Origin: a virus
Taxonomy: Duplodnaviria > Caudoviricetes
Virus record (IMG/VR): IMGVR_UViG_3300046779_000207
Span: 1 to 49,417 of that record
Strand: one strand, 5' to 3'
DNA length: 49,417 nt
The notes under the pieces were generated by a model. That model saw nothing but the letters and a program-made list of their open reading frames with translations. It was not told the DNA's origin and did not search any database. Below, piece by piece: positions 1 to 8,644 of this stretch. Position numbers and translations under genes: made by a program. Position 1 is the first letter of the stretch. Each line of letters opens with the position of its first letter.

Positions 1-1
1 T

Positions 2-298
2 CAATCACAGCAATCAGGAAATACCGCTGGTACTGGTGGCAATGGTATACAAATAACTGCATTTGCTACACCTACAGGTACTGGTGCTGATAGTGGTTAT
101 TATGCTGGTGGCGGTGGTGGTAGTAGCAATTCATCAGTAACTACTAAAGCAGGAGGTTTAGGCGGAGGTGGTGCTGGTGGTGGTTTAAATCCTGGCAATA
201 CTAACACTGGCGGAGGTGGCGGTGCACAGGGTGGAACATCAGGCCGTGGTGGTGCAGGTGGTTCAGGAATTGTAATTATTAGATACCCAATGGCTTAA
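2..298 (+). CDS. 3' end of glycine-rich putative adhesin (last gene of an upstream cassette; 5'-truncated)
   Basis: Open frame from base 2 (QSQQSGNTAGTGGNG...YYAGGGGG...GGAGGSGIVIIRYPMA*). Same C-terminal GGSG.V(I/V)(I/V)RY motif as the downstream paralogues. Not in the ORF track. Confidence 0.85.
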   Translation, partial: QSQQSGNTAGTGGNGIQITAFATPTGTGADSGYYAGGGGGSSNSSVTTKAGGLGGGGAGGGLNPGNTNTGGGGGAQGGTSGRGGAGGSGIVIIRYPMA

Positions 299-308
299 AA
301 ATTAAAAA

Positions 309-317
309 TGGTACAAT
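309..317 (+). promoter_or_regulatory. Extended -10 promoter TGGTACAAT heading cassette 1
   Basis: AAAATGGTACAATAGGAA recurs identically in front of cassette 2 (3867-3884). Confidence 0.75.
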
Positions 318-337
318 AGGAAGAACGGAGGAATCAA

Positions 338-1156
338 TTGGCTAATATTAAAAGAGCAAATACATCAGGCATAACTAAGTCTGGCGTTGCTATTGCCGAT
401 GTTCCAGATATGCCTACTATTGGTACTGCTACAGGTTCAGGTCTTTCAGCATCTGTTACATATACCGCTGCAACTACGGGCGGTACAGCAACAACATTCA
501 CTGCAATAAGTGATCCAGGCTCAATTACTGCTACTGGATCATCTCCAATAACAGTAACTGGATTATCAGATGGCACATCATATACTTTTAGAGTATACGG
601 AACAAACTCTACTGGACAAGGCCCAGCCTCCAGTGCATCAAATAGCATTACTGCAGTTTCAACAGTTCCATCATCTTATGACTCACTTGGTACAGTATTT
701 GTTCCAAGTGGAGGTTTGTCATCTGTGGTATTTTCAGGTATTCCAGTTGGATATAGACATTTACAACTAAGAGTTATGGGAAAAATAACTGGATCAGTAA
801 CAGAGGCTGCAACACCACTTACAATTAATGAAACAGCAATTACTAGAAGCCATTATTTTGGTGGGGATGGATCTAGTACTTTTACATCAACAGGAACATC
901 TGGCTATATTGCATCAATGCCTGGGGCAAGTGCAACTTCTTGGGGTTTTATTATTATAGATGTTTTAGACTATTCGGATATAGATAAAAATAAGACAGTA
1001 AAGGCATTTAATGGCTGGGATAACAATGGAAGCGGTTTATTCCTTATGTACTCAGGACTATTAACATCAACAGATGCAGTTAAAACTATTAGACTAGATC
1101 CAGGTAGTGGCAACTGGGCAGAGTATAGTAATTTCGCATTGTATGGAGTTAAATAA
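338..1156 (+). CDS. Cassette 1 gene A: FN3-like domain plus C-terminal shared beta-rich domain; putative virion fibre/adhesin subunit
   Basis: PDMPTIGTAT...ITVTGLSDGTSYTFRVYGTNSTGQGPAS is an FN3 signature. TTG start after GGAGG. Confidence 0.75.
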   Translation: MANIKRANTSGITKSGVAIADVPDMPTIGTATGSGLSASVTYTAATTGGTATTFTAISDPGSITATGSSPITVTGLSDGTSYTFRVYGTNSTGQGPASSASNSITAVSTVPSSYDSLGTVFVPSGGLSSVVFSGIPVGYRHLQLRVMGKITGSVTEAATPLTINETAITRSHYFGGDGSSTFTSTGTSGYIASMPGASATSWGFIIIDVLDYSDIDKNKTVKAFNGWDNNGSGLFLMYSGLLTSTDAVKTIRLDPGSGNWAEYSNFALYGVK

Positions 1157-2541
1157 TGGCTAATAATACATATGTAGCACTAGACAAAAAAACTACACTT
1201 AGCGATGTTTCAAGTGTTGAGTTTACTTCAATACCGCAGGGATATACAGATTTAGTCATAGTGGCAAATGTTAGATATACTTCTACAAATATTGGTCAAG
1301 GTATTGGATTTCGTTTTAATAATGACTCCTCTGCAAGTTATACAACAACTGTTTTTGAGGGGGATGGCTCAACGGCTTCTTCTTATAGACAAACTGGTGG
1401 AACAAACGGAATTATTAATGCACCAGCAAATGGAAATCAAAGTGGCTTTAGCCCTTTTGTAATGTCTATAATGAATTATTCAAATGCGACAACAATGAAG
1501 CCGTGGTTTTCTAGAAACTCTGGACCAACATATGTTAATGGATATGCTGGACTTTGGAGAGCAACCCCACAAGCAATTACATCAATACAGTTTATTCCAA
1601 GCGCATCAGCAGGAAATATAGCAACTGGATCAACATTTTCTCTTTATGGAATTTTAGCAGAGTCAGTAAGTCCGACAGCAAAAGCAACTGGTGGAACTAT
1701 TTACTCTGACTCAACTTATTATTATCACGTATTTGGTACTTCTGGTACATTTACCCCTACCCAGTCAATTACCGCTGATGTACTTGTAGTTGCTGGTGGA
1801 GGTGGTGGAGGTGGATACACATACGTTTCTAGCGGAGGTTCTGGTGGAGCAGGAGGCGGTGCAGGCGGTCTTTTAGGATTTACTTCTCAATCATTAACTG
1901 CAACAGGATACACTGTAACAGTAGGTTCTGGTGGCAATGGAGGAAATGGTGTAAGTGGATCTAATGGAAGTGACTCACAGTTTGGTGCTCTAACATTAGT
2001 TAAAGGCGGTGGTGGTGGAGCAGGTAATAAATCTACTGGTACTGCTGCTGCTGGATTAACAGGTGGCTCTGGCGGAGGTGCTGTTGCTTGGGATTATAGT
2101 GGTACAACTGCAGGAGGATCTGCAACATCAGGACAAGGAAATGCTGGTGGTTCAGTAACAGGAACTGGTGGTTCAAGAGGTGGTGGTGGTGGCGGTGGTG
2201 CAGGAGCAGCAGGAACTACTAGAAACTTGGGTACAGCGCTTGGAGGCCAAGGAGGAGTTGGGTCTTCATCTTATTCATCTTGGGGTCTTGCAACTGGAAC
2301 TGGTCAGTATTACAATGGAGTATTTTATTATGCTGGTGGTGGCGCTGGTAATGGTGGCGGAGATGCTGTAATTCTAGGTGGTTATGGCGGTGGAGGAACA
2401 CATAGATATAACATAACTCCAGCACAAGCAGGACTACCAAATACTGGTGGCGGTGGTGCAGGTGGACTATATGATAGTGGTGCTAATAGCGTAGGCGGTA
2501 AGGGTGGTTCAGGAGTTGTTATTGTTAGGTACGCAAAATGA
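1156..2541 (+). CDS. Cassette 1 gene B: shared N-terminal domain plus polyglycine-rich putative receptor-binding domain
   Basis: TAATG overlap with gene A. KATGG...YYHVF..SGTFTP linker, VLVVAGGGGGG, ends GGSGVVIVRY. Confidence 0.75.
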   Translation: MANNTYVALDKKTTLSDVSSVEFTSIPQGYTDLVIVANVRYTSTNIGQGIGFRFNNDSSASYTTTVFEGDGSTASSYRQTGGTNGIINAPANGNQSGFSPFVMSIMNYSNATTMKPWFSRNSGPTYVNGYAGLWRATPQAITSIQFIPSASAGNIATGSTFSLYGILAESVSPTAKATGGTIYSDSTYYYHVFGTSGTFTPTQSITADVLVVAGGGGGGGYTYVSSGGSGGAGGGAGGLLGFTSQSLTATGYTVTVGSGGNGGNGVSGSNGSDSQFGALTLVKGGGGGAGNKSTGTAAAGLTGGSGGGAVAWDYSGTTAGGSATSGQGNAGGSVTGTGGSRGGGGGGGAGAAGTTRNLGTALGGQGGVGSSSYSSWGLATGTGQYYNGVFYYAGGGAGNGGGDAVILGGYGGGGTHRYNITPAQAGLPNTGGGGAGGLYDSGANSVGGKGGSGVVIVRYAK

Positions 2542-2556
2542 GGGGTATAAAATAAA

Positions 2557-3855
2557 ATGCCAGTAAACTATGTATTACTAAGAGCAACTAAACTTACTGC
2601 AGATACATCATCTGTAACATTTGATAGCATTCCTCAGACTGGCTATACAGATCTAAAGATAGTCTCTTCTGCTCGTTCTACAAGATCAGGTGGAGTTACT
2701 ACAGATGAAATTAGAGTTTCATTTAATGGTTTAACTACAAACCAAACTACTAGAGTTTTGCAAGGTGCAGGAAGTGGTTCTACAGCATCATATACAGATA
2801 CAAGAGTTACATTAGGAATTGCACCAACAGCAGCAACAACATCTAATACTTTTGGAAATGCAGAAATGATAATTCCAAACTATACATCAGGTGTTGTAAA
2901 ATATTCTACTGCAGAAAGCGTATCAGAAAATAATAATACTGCAGCATATCAAAATTTTTGGTCTAACTTATGGTCAAGTACTGCAGCAATTACATCTATA
3001 ACATTTACTCTTGCAACTGGACCAAGTTTTGCTACTGGCTCAACATTTTATTTATATGGTTTAGCAGCATCAGATGCTACACCTACAGCAGGCCCTAAAG
3101 CAACAGGTGGAAATACTGTAGCAACTGACGGTACATATTGGTATCATACATATATTACAAGTGGAACCTTTATTCCAAAAGCAAGTTTAACTTGTGACTT
3201 TTTAGTAATTGCAGGTGGTGCAGGAGGCGCTGGAGTTTATTCAGGTGGAAATTATAGTGCTCCAGGTGGTGGTGCAGGAGGTTATAGAACATCTGCTGGA
3301 ACTTCTGGAGGAGGAGCAAGTGCTGAATCTGCACTTTCTCTAACTGCTCAAACATATCCAGTAATTGTAGGTGCTGGTGGACCAGGAACTAATACAAATG
3401 GCTCAGATAGTATATTTGGTTCAATAACTTCTATTGGTGGAGGAACGCTTGCTACAACAGGTGGTTCTGGTGGTGGAGCATTTGATTTTGGAACGCTAAC
3501 ACCTGGAAGTGGTACTACAGGACAAGGTTATGCAGGAGGAGCAGCATCAGGTCCATTATCTGCAGGTGGTGGCGGTGGCGCTGGTGGTGCAGGAAGTTCA
3601 TCAAGAACTGGTGGTGCTGGTGTTGCAAGTTCTATTACTGGAACATCTGTTACTCGTGCAGGCGGTGGAGGTGCTGGTTGGAGTGGAACAGCAACTGGCG
3701 GTGGTGGAGCAGGTGCACCATCAGGTTCAACTGGTAATGGTACAGCAGGAACTATTAACACAGGTGGCGGTGGTGGCGGTGGAGCCGCTGCAAGTGGCTA
3801 TGGTGCTGGCGGTGCAGGTGGTTCAGGACTTGTAGTTGTAAGATACGCAGTATAA
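2557..3855 (+). CDS. Cassette 1 gene C: shared N-terminal domain plus polyglycine-rich domain
   Basis: Starts MPVNYVLL...IPQTGYTDLKIV. Glycine-rich C-terminal half ends GGSGLVVVRYAV. Confidence 0.75.
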   Translation: MPVNYVLLRATKLTADTSSVTFDSIPQTGYTDLKIVSSARSTRSGGVTTDEIRVSFNGLTTNQTTRVLQGAGSGSTASYTDTRVTLGIAPTAATTSNTFGNAEMIIPNYTSGVVKYSTAESVSENNNTAAYQNFWSNLWSSTAAITSITFTLATGPSFATGSTFYLYGLAASDATPTAGPKATGGNTVATDGTYWYHTYITSGTFIPKASLTCDFLVIAGGAGGAGVYSGGNYSAPGGGAGGYRTSAGTSGGGASAESALSLTAQTYPVIVGAGGPGTNTNGSDSIFGSITSIGGGTLATTGGSGGGAFDFGTLTPGSGTTGQGYAGGAASGPLSAGGGGGAGGAGSSSRTGGAGVASSITGTSVTRAGGGGAGWSGTATGGGGAGAPSGSTGNGTAGTINTGGGGGGGAAASGYGAGGAGGSGLVVVRYAV

Positions 3856-3870
3856 TTTAAATTTTTAAAA

Positions 3871-3879
3871 TGGTACAAT
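3871..3879 (+). promoter_or_regulatory. Extended -10 promoter TGGTACAAT heading cassette 2
   Basis: 18-bp identity with the site at 305-322. Confidence 0.75.
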
Positions 3880-3899
3880 AGGAAAGATAAAGGAGACAA

Positions 3900-4760
3900 G
3901 TGAGTAATCGCAGAGCGCAAGACGAACGTATTGAGGGTACTCCAGATGGTGCAAATGCTATCACGGAGATCGTTGATATTCCTGATGCCCCTACAATTGG
4001 CACCGCTACTGCTGGAATGGTTTCAGCGTCTGTTACATTTACTCCCGCTACAACTGGCGGTACACCAACATTATATACCGCTACATCTACCCCAGGATCT
4101 GTAACAGGAACATCTGCTACATCCCCTATTACGGTATCTGGTTTGACAGCAGGAATTTCATATACATTTAAGGTCAAAGGCTCAAATTCAACGGGAACTG
4201 GTGTAGAGTCATCTGCTTCCAATTCAGTAACACCAACACCACCTATGGAAGGTGCCTATGATTCACTTGCTTCTGTAACTGTTCCTTCTGGTGGTGTATC
4301 TTCTATAAATTTTGCTGGTATTCCTAGTGGTTATAAACACTTGCAACTGCGTATGTTTGCAAGAAGTAATAGAGCAACAGATCCAGAGTACTTTAAAATA
4401 AACTTTAACGGGGATACTAACGCAAACTATTCTTGGCATTACATGAGCGGTCAAGGAGCAAGCGTTGTAGTAAGTGCTGGAGCAAATGCTACTTACGTGT
4501 TCTCAGAGTATTACGGTGGTGCTGCACAAAATGCTAATACATTTGGTGCTGGCATTACCAACATTCTTGATTATGCAGATGTTAATAAGTTTAAGACCAT
4601 CAGAGACTTAGGTGGTTACGACAATAATGGTGATGGCCAAATAAGTTTTCAAAGCGGCAATTGGCGTAACTATGCAGCCATTTCCTCTATCCAAATAAGA
4701 CCTGGTGGCGGAAGTTTAATAGGTCAGTACTCATCCTTTGCACTTTATGGGGTAAAATAA
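3900..4760 (+). CDS. Cassette 2 gene A: FN3-like plus shared domain
   Basis: Paralogue of 338-1156 (YDSLASVTVPSGG...GYKHLQLR...FALYGVK). GTG start after AAGGAG. Confidence 0.75.
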   Translation: MSNRRAQDERIEGTPDGANAITEIVDIPDAPTIGTATAGMVSASVTFTPATTGGTPTLYTATSTPGSVTGTSATSPITVSGLTAGISYTFKVKGSNSTGTGVESSASNSVTPTPPMEGAYDSLASVTVPSGGVSSINFAGIPSGYKHLQLRMFARSNRATDPEYFKINFNGDTNANYSWHYMSGQGASVVVSAGANATYVFSEYYGGAAQNANTFGAGITNILDYADVNKFKTIRDLGGYDNNGDGQISFQSGNWRNYAAISSIQIRPGGGSLIGQYSSFALYGVK

Positions 4761-5929
4761 TGGCTACTAACACATACGTTGCACTAGATAAGGTCACAGT
4801 AGGAGCCTCTACTGCATCAATTACCTTTAGCAATATCAATCAAGGCTATACTGATTTAGTAATTGTTGCTGATGGTGTTGAAAGCGCAAACCAATATGTT
4901 GGAATCAGATTTAATTCTGATACTGCATCAAATTACTCTCAAACTCGTTTGTTTGGTGAAGGCACAGGGGCAACATCAGATAGGCAAACATCAGTAACTT
5001 TTGGGCGTTTAAGTGTAGGAGATCCAACTAATAGATTTTCTATAATTGCATCAATATTTAATTATGCAAATACAACTACTTATAAGACCTGGATTAGTCA
5101 AACAAGCACTGGAAATAATTATGTTGGTGCAATTGCTGGATTATGGCGAGCAACTCCAGCAGCAATTACTTCAATCACAGTTACAACTACTACTTCAGAT
5201 ACTTTTTCAGTTGGATCTACTTTTTCGTTGTATGGCATTAAAGCAGAGCCAATGCTTTCTACAAAAGCAACAGGCGGTACAATCACTTATGGTAGTGATG
5301 GATATATATATCACGTATTTACATCTTCTGGTACATTTGCTCCAAATCAATCTTTATCTTGCCAAGTTTTAGTAGTTGGTGGTGGAGGAGGAGGAGAGTC
5401 ATTCTACTCTGGTGTCGGTTGGGGATCTGGTGGAACTGGAGGCTATGCAACCTATTCAAGCAGTAGTTCGTTTACTGCACAGAATTATACTGTAACTATA
5501 GGCGCTGGAGGTGCTGGAGGCAGTGGAACTTCTGGTGCCAATGGTTCAACTGGTGGAACCTCTTCTGTTAATAGCATTACAGCAGCAGGAGGAGCAGGAG
5601 GAACTGACGGTAGCGGTCCAGGATATGGAGCAGGTGGAACTGTTAGCACATACAGATCATCGCCAGCAGGTGCTATCGGTGTAGAGTATTTTGGTTATAA
5701 AGTTGCGGGTGGTGGATGGTATGGACAAAATAGCCAAGACATTGCAAACTATCCAGTAAACTCAACTCAATATGGTGGTGGTTTCCAAAAAGGTTACACT
5801 GTTGCATCTGCAAGTACTTCACCTTATTATGGTGGAGGTGGAGCAGGAGGTTCTAATTCAGGAGAAGGCGGAACTAACGCTGGACAAAGCGGTGCTTCAG
5901 GATTAGTTATTATTAGGTACTTGGCTTAA
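4760..5929 (+). CDS. Cassette 2 gene B: shared domain plus glycine-rich domain
   Basis: MATNTYVALDK vs MANNTYVALDK, both with GLWRATP. TAATG overlap with gene A. Confidence 0.75.
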   Translation: MATNTYVALDKVTVGASTASITFSNINQGYTDLVIVADGVESANQYVGIRFNSDTASNYSQTRLFGEGTGATSDRQTSVTFGRLSVGDPTNRFSIIASIFNYANTTTYKTWISQTSTGNNYVGAIAGLWRATPAAITSITVTTTTSDTFSVGSTFSLYGIKAEPMLSTKATGGTITYGSDGYIYHVFTSSGTFAPNQSLSCQVLVVGGGGGGESFYSGVGWGSGGTGGYATYSSSSSFTAQNYTVTIGAGGAGGSGTSGANGSTGGTSSVNSITAAGGAGGTDGSGPGYGAGGTVSTYRSSPAGAIGVEYFGYKVAGGGWYGQNSQDIANYPVNSTQYGGGFQKGYTVASASTSPYYGGGGAGGSNSGEGGTNAGQSGASGLVIIRYLA

Positions 5930-5941
5930 GGGAGATAAAAA

Positions 5942-7303
5942 ATGCCATCAAATTACGTACTTATACGGCGCATTGAACTTAGTGCATCTACGGCATCTAT
6001 AACTTTTGCGAACATTCCGCAGACTGGTTATACTGATTTGAAGGTTGTTATTAGTTCCAGAATTTCAGACCCAGATGCTGGGGCTTTAGTCTATTTAAGA
6101 CCAAATGGATTAACAACAAATCAAGTCCTCAAAAGATTAAGAGCGAATGGCTCAACTGCTTCATCCGCATCATCAACTGCTATTTATTTAGATACAGATG
6201 GTGCTTACAATACAGCAAATATATTTGGAAACTGTGAATTTTATATTCCAAACTATACAAGTTCTAACTATAAATCTATTATTGGTGATGGTGTTGCCGA
6301 AAACAATGCAACAGAATCTTATATGACCATGACTGGTAGTTTGTGGTCATCTACTAGTGCAATAACTTCACTAACCTTGTTCCCATCTGGCAGTTCAAAC
6401 TTTGTCCAATACAGTACCTTTTCTATATATGGTCTAGCGGCATCAGATACTTCACCAACACTTGCTCCACAAGCAACTGGTGGAAATATTATCACTACAG
6501 ATGGTACATATTGGTATCATGCATTTTTAACTTCAGGATCTTTTACACCATTAGGTTCTTTATCTTGTGATATTTTACAAATAGCAGGTGGGGGAGGTGG
6601 TTCTGGAACTGCAAATGCTGCTGGATCTGCCCCAGGTGGCGGAGCAGGTGGTTTGCTTGGATTTACATCTCAGTCATTAACAGCAACATCTTATACTTGT
6701 ACTATTGGAAGTGGTGGTGCTGGGGGCGCTGTTAATACACAAGGAGCATCTGGATCAAATTCACAGTTTGGTTCTCTTACCGCTTCAGTTGGTGGTGGTC
6801 GTGGTGGACTTGCTGTTGCTTCTGGGTCAGCAACTGCTGGCGGTTCAGGTGGTTCAGGCGGTGGTGGTGGATACTCTGGTAATACCCCAGCAGCAGGAGG
6901 TTCTGCTACGTCTGGTCAAGGTTTTGCTGGTGGTGCAGGTTCTACTTTTGCTTACTCTGGCGGTGGTGGAGGTGCTGGTGAGGCTGGTAATACAGATGGT
7001 CAGGGTTATGGTGGAGATGGAACTTCTGCATATTCATCTTGGGGTGCTGCAACAGGTACTGGTGAAAATGTTGCAGGAACATATTTCTACGCAGGCGGTG
7101 GTTCAGGACGTGGAAATCAAGCAGGTTCTGCTGGTTCTGGCGGCGGTGGTTTAGGTGGTTCTCAACCAAACGGTGCAGGACAACCTGGAACAGCCAATAC
7201 TGGTGGAGGTGGTGGTGGTGCAGGTGATGCATATCCTAATTCTCCAACTGCAGCAGGTGCAGCAGGCGGCTCAGGAATTATTATTGTTAGATATGCAGTA
7301 TAA
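5942..7303 (+). CDS. Cassette 2 gene C: shared domain plus glycine-rich domain
   Basis: MPSNYVLIR...IPQTGYTDLKVV, ends IIIVRYAV. Confidence 0.75.
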   Translation: MPSNYVLIRRIELSASTASITFANIPQTGYTDLKVVISSRISDPDAGALVYLRPNGLTTNQVLKRLRANGSTASSASSTAIYLDTDGAYNTANIFGNCEFYIPNYTSSNYKSIIGDGVAENNATESYMTMTGSLWSSTSAITSLTLFPSGSSNFVQYSTFSIYGLAASDTSPTLAPQATGGNIITTDGTYWYHAFLTSGSFTPLGSLSCDILQIAGGGGGSGTANAAGSAPGGGAGGLLGFTSQSLTATSYTCTIGSGGAGGAVNTQGASGSNSQFGSLTASVGGGRGGLAVASGSATAGGSGGSGGGGGYSGNTPAAGGSATSGQGFAGGAGSTFAYSGGGGGAGEAGNTDGQGYGGDGTSAYSSWGAATGTGENVAGTYFYAGGGSGRGNQAGSAGSGGGGLGGSQPNGAGQPGTANTGGGGGGAGDAYPNSPTAAGAAGGSGIIIVRYAV

Positions 7304-7310
7304 TAAAGTG

Positions 7311-7339
7311 TTGCCAAATTAAAATAAATCTGGTATCAT
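7311..7339 (+). promoter_or_regulatory. Sigma70-type promoter TTGCCA-N17-TATCAT with TG extension
   Basis: TTGCCA 7311-7316 and TGGTATCAT 7331-7339, upstream of AAGGAG and the ATG at 7369. Confidence 0.7.
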
Positions 7340-7368
7340 TAGATATGCAATGGATAAAGGAGAAATAA

Positions 7369-7698
7369 ATGTCACATTGGGCAGAAATTGACGAGAACAA
7401 TATCGTTACTCGTGTTCTAGTTGGTAATAACTCAGAGCCAGACGAAGGCGAAGCATTTATGAATAGCCTTGGTGGTACTTGGGTAAAAACCAGTTATAAC
7501 GGGACTATAAGAAAAAATTATGCGGGAATTGGGTATTCTTATGATGCAGAAAGAGATGCATTCATTGCACCTAAGCCGTTTGATTCTTGGATTCTAGATG
7601 AAGATACTTGCCGTTGGGAAGCACCAGTGGCATATCCAACAGATGGCAAGACTTATACCTGGAATGAAGATAATACCAATTGGGAGGAAGTAGCATGA
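7369..7698 (+). CDS. Small Trp-rich phage protein; possible fibre assembly chaperone
   Basis: Strong SD. WAEIDENNIV...RKNYAGIGYSYD..RDAFIAPKPFDSW motif of a type recalled from genes next to glycine-rich fibre genes in aquatic phages. Function inferred. Confidence 0.55.
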   Translation: MSHWAEIDENNIVTRVLVGNNSEPDEGEAFMNSLGGTWVKTSYNGTIRKNYAGIGYSYDAERDAFIAPKPFDSWILDEDTCRWEAPVAYPTDGKTYTWNEDNTNWEEVA

Positions 7699-7931
7699 CA
7701 GATGTACCAAAGAAGTTGATCGTTGATCTCGAATCAGGAACTCAGCAATATGTTGATCTAACACCTGAAGAGATTGAACAGCGTGAACTAGATGCTATTG
7801 CAGCAGCAACAGCACAAGCAGAGCGTGAAGAGGCAGCAGAAGCACTCGCTGCACTCAAGGCATCTGCTAAGGCTAAGTTGGTAGCAGGTACGCCGCTTAC
7901 TGAAGAAGAAGCAGCAACCCTAGTTATTTAA
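7695..7931 (+). CDS. Small acidic/helical protein (start reassigned to ATG 7695)
   Basis: ATGA overlap with the preceding stop and GGGAGG upstream. VDLTPEEIEQRE...SAKAKL...LTEEEA. Confidence 0.7.
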   Translation: MTDVPKKLIVDLESGTQQYVDLTPEEIEQRELDAIAAATAQAEREEAAEALAALKASAKAKLVAGTPLTEEEAATLVI

Positions 7932-7939
7932 TATTAAGC

Positions 7940-7984
7940 AAATAAAAGACCCCCAAGGCATATAGCCAAGGGGGTTCTTTATTT
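7940..7984. terminator. Bidirectional intrinsic terminator between convergent genes
   Basis: AAATAAAAGACCCCCAAGGC-ATATA-GCCAAGGGGGTTCTTTATTT: an imperfect inverted repeat with A/T tails on both sides. Confidence 0.8.
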
Positions 7985-7990
7985 TAAGTA

Positions 7991-8563
7991 CTATGCGTAC
8001 CTATATGGAAATTTCTTTAACCATCTCTGATACTGGATAGGCTTAGCATGTTTCCAAGCACTCCAGTCCTCACCACCCTTGGTCATGTGGAACACAATCT
8101 CTGCGTTTGTCACAGGGCTGAATAATTCAGCATTTACTCCTAGGTCAAACTTTTCTCTACGATCTGGTCCTAGGCCCCCGATCATATTAATTTGGAATAC
8201 ACCGTAAGAACTGTCTCCAGTCTTGGCATTTCCGTTAAATGCAAAAGGTCTTCCATTAGATTCTGCCTTGGCTACAGCCCAAGCAGTTCTAAGACCCTTG
8301 CCTTTAAACCCTACAGCCTTGAGTAATTGAACCAAGTCATAATCTGTTAGGTGAACCGCATTTTTGTACTTTGCCAGTATAAATGCTGATTTTGGCTTAG
8401 AAACCAAAAAAGCCGACTTAGGGTCGGCAGGCTCATTCTTTACAGTTTTACTTAGTAAATTATTCTCAGTTGTAACTTCAAGTGCATTAGCAGAATTACT
8501 TACGGGTGCAAGCATTCCAACTAACGCTAGGATTCCAATCCATGCTTTCTTCTCTCTGTTCAT
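7991..8563 (-). CDS. Secreted lysozyme-like / lytic transglycosylase (SLT-type) protein
   Basis: Start reassigned to ATG 8563 after AAGGAGG. Signal peptide MNREKKAWIGILALVGMLAPVSNSANA. Catalytic-type AVAKAESNG, YGVFQIN, and N....WSAW motifs. Confidence 0.8.
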   Translation of the reverse strand: MNREKKAWIGILALVGMLAPVSNSANALEVTTENNLLSKTVKNEPADPKSAFLVSKPKSAFILAKYKNAVHLTDYDLVQLLKAVGFKGKGLRTAWAVAKAESNGRPFAFNGNAKTGDSSYGVFQINMIGGLGPDRREKFDLGVNAELFSPVTNAEIVFHMTKGGEDWSAWKHAKPIQYQRWLKKFPYRYA

Positions 8564-8614
8564 TATAAAAACCTCCTTGAGATTAGAATTGCTACCTTTC
8601 GGTAGCATAGATTA

Positions 8615-8644
8615 ATTGTAGCACGGATTTGGGCTAAAAAGCAA
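8615..8644 (-). promoter_or_regulatory. Promoter TTGCTT-N18-TACAAT (TG-extended) for the SLT gene
   Basis: Reverse complement reads TTGCTT...GTGCTACAAT, followed by a GAAA-loop hairpin and SD. Confidence 0.7.

Noticed and set aside
1790-7270. GGTGGT/GGCGGT runs as CRISPR, satellite or G-quadruplex elements
   Set aside because: Fully explained by polyglycine codons; no constant repeat-spacer periodicity.
1-7303. Diversity-generating retroelement or shufflon acting on the adhesin genes
   Set aside because: No reverse transcriptase or recombinase, no near-identical template/variable repeat pair differing at adenines and no inverted cassettes in this window. Elements outside the window cannot be excluded.
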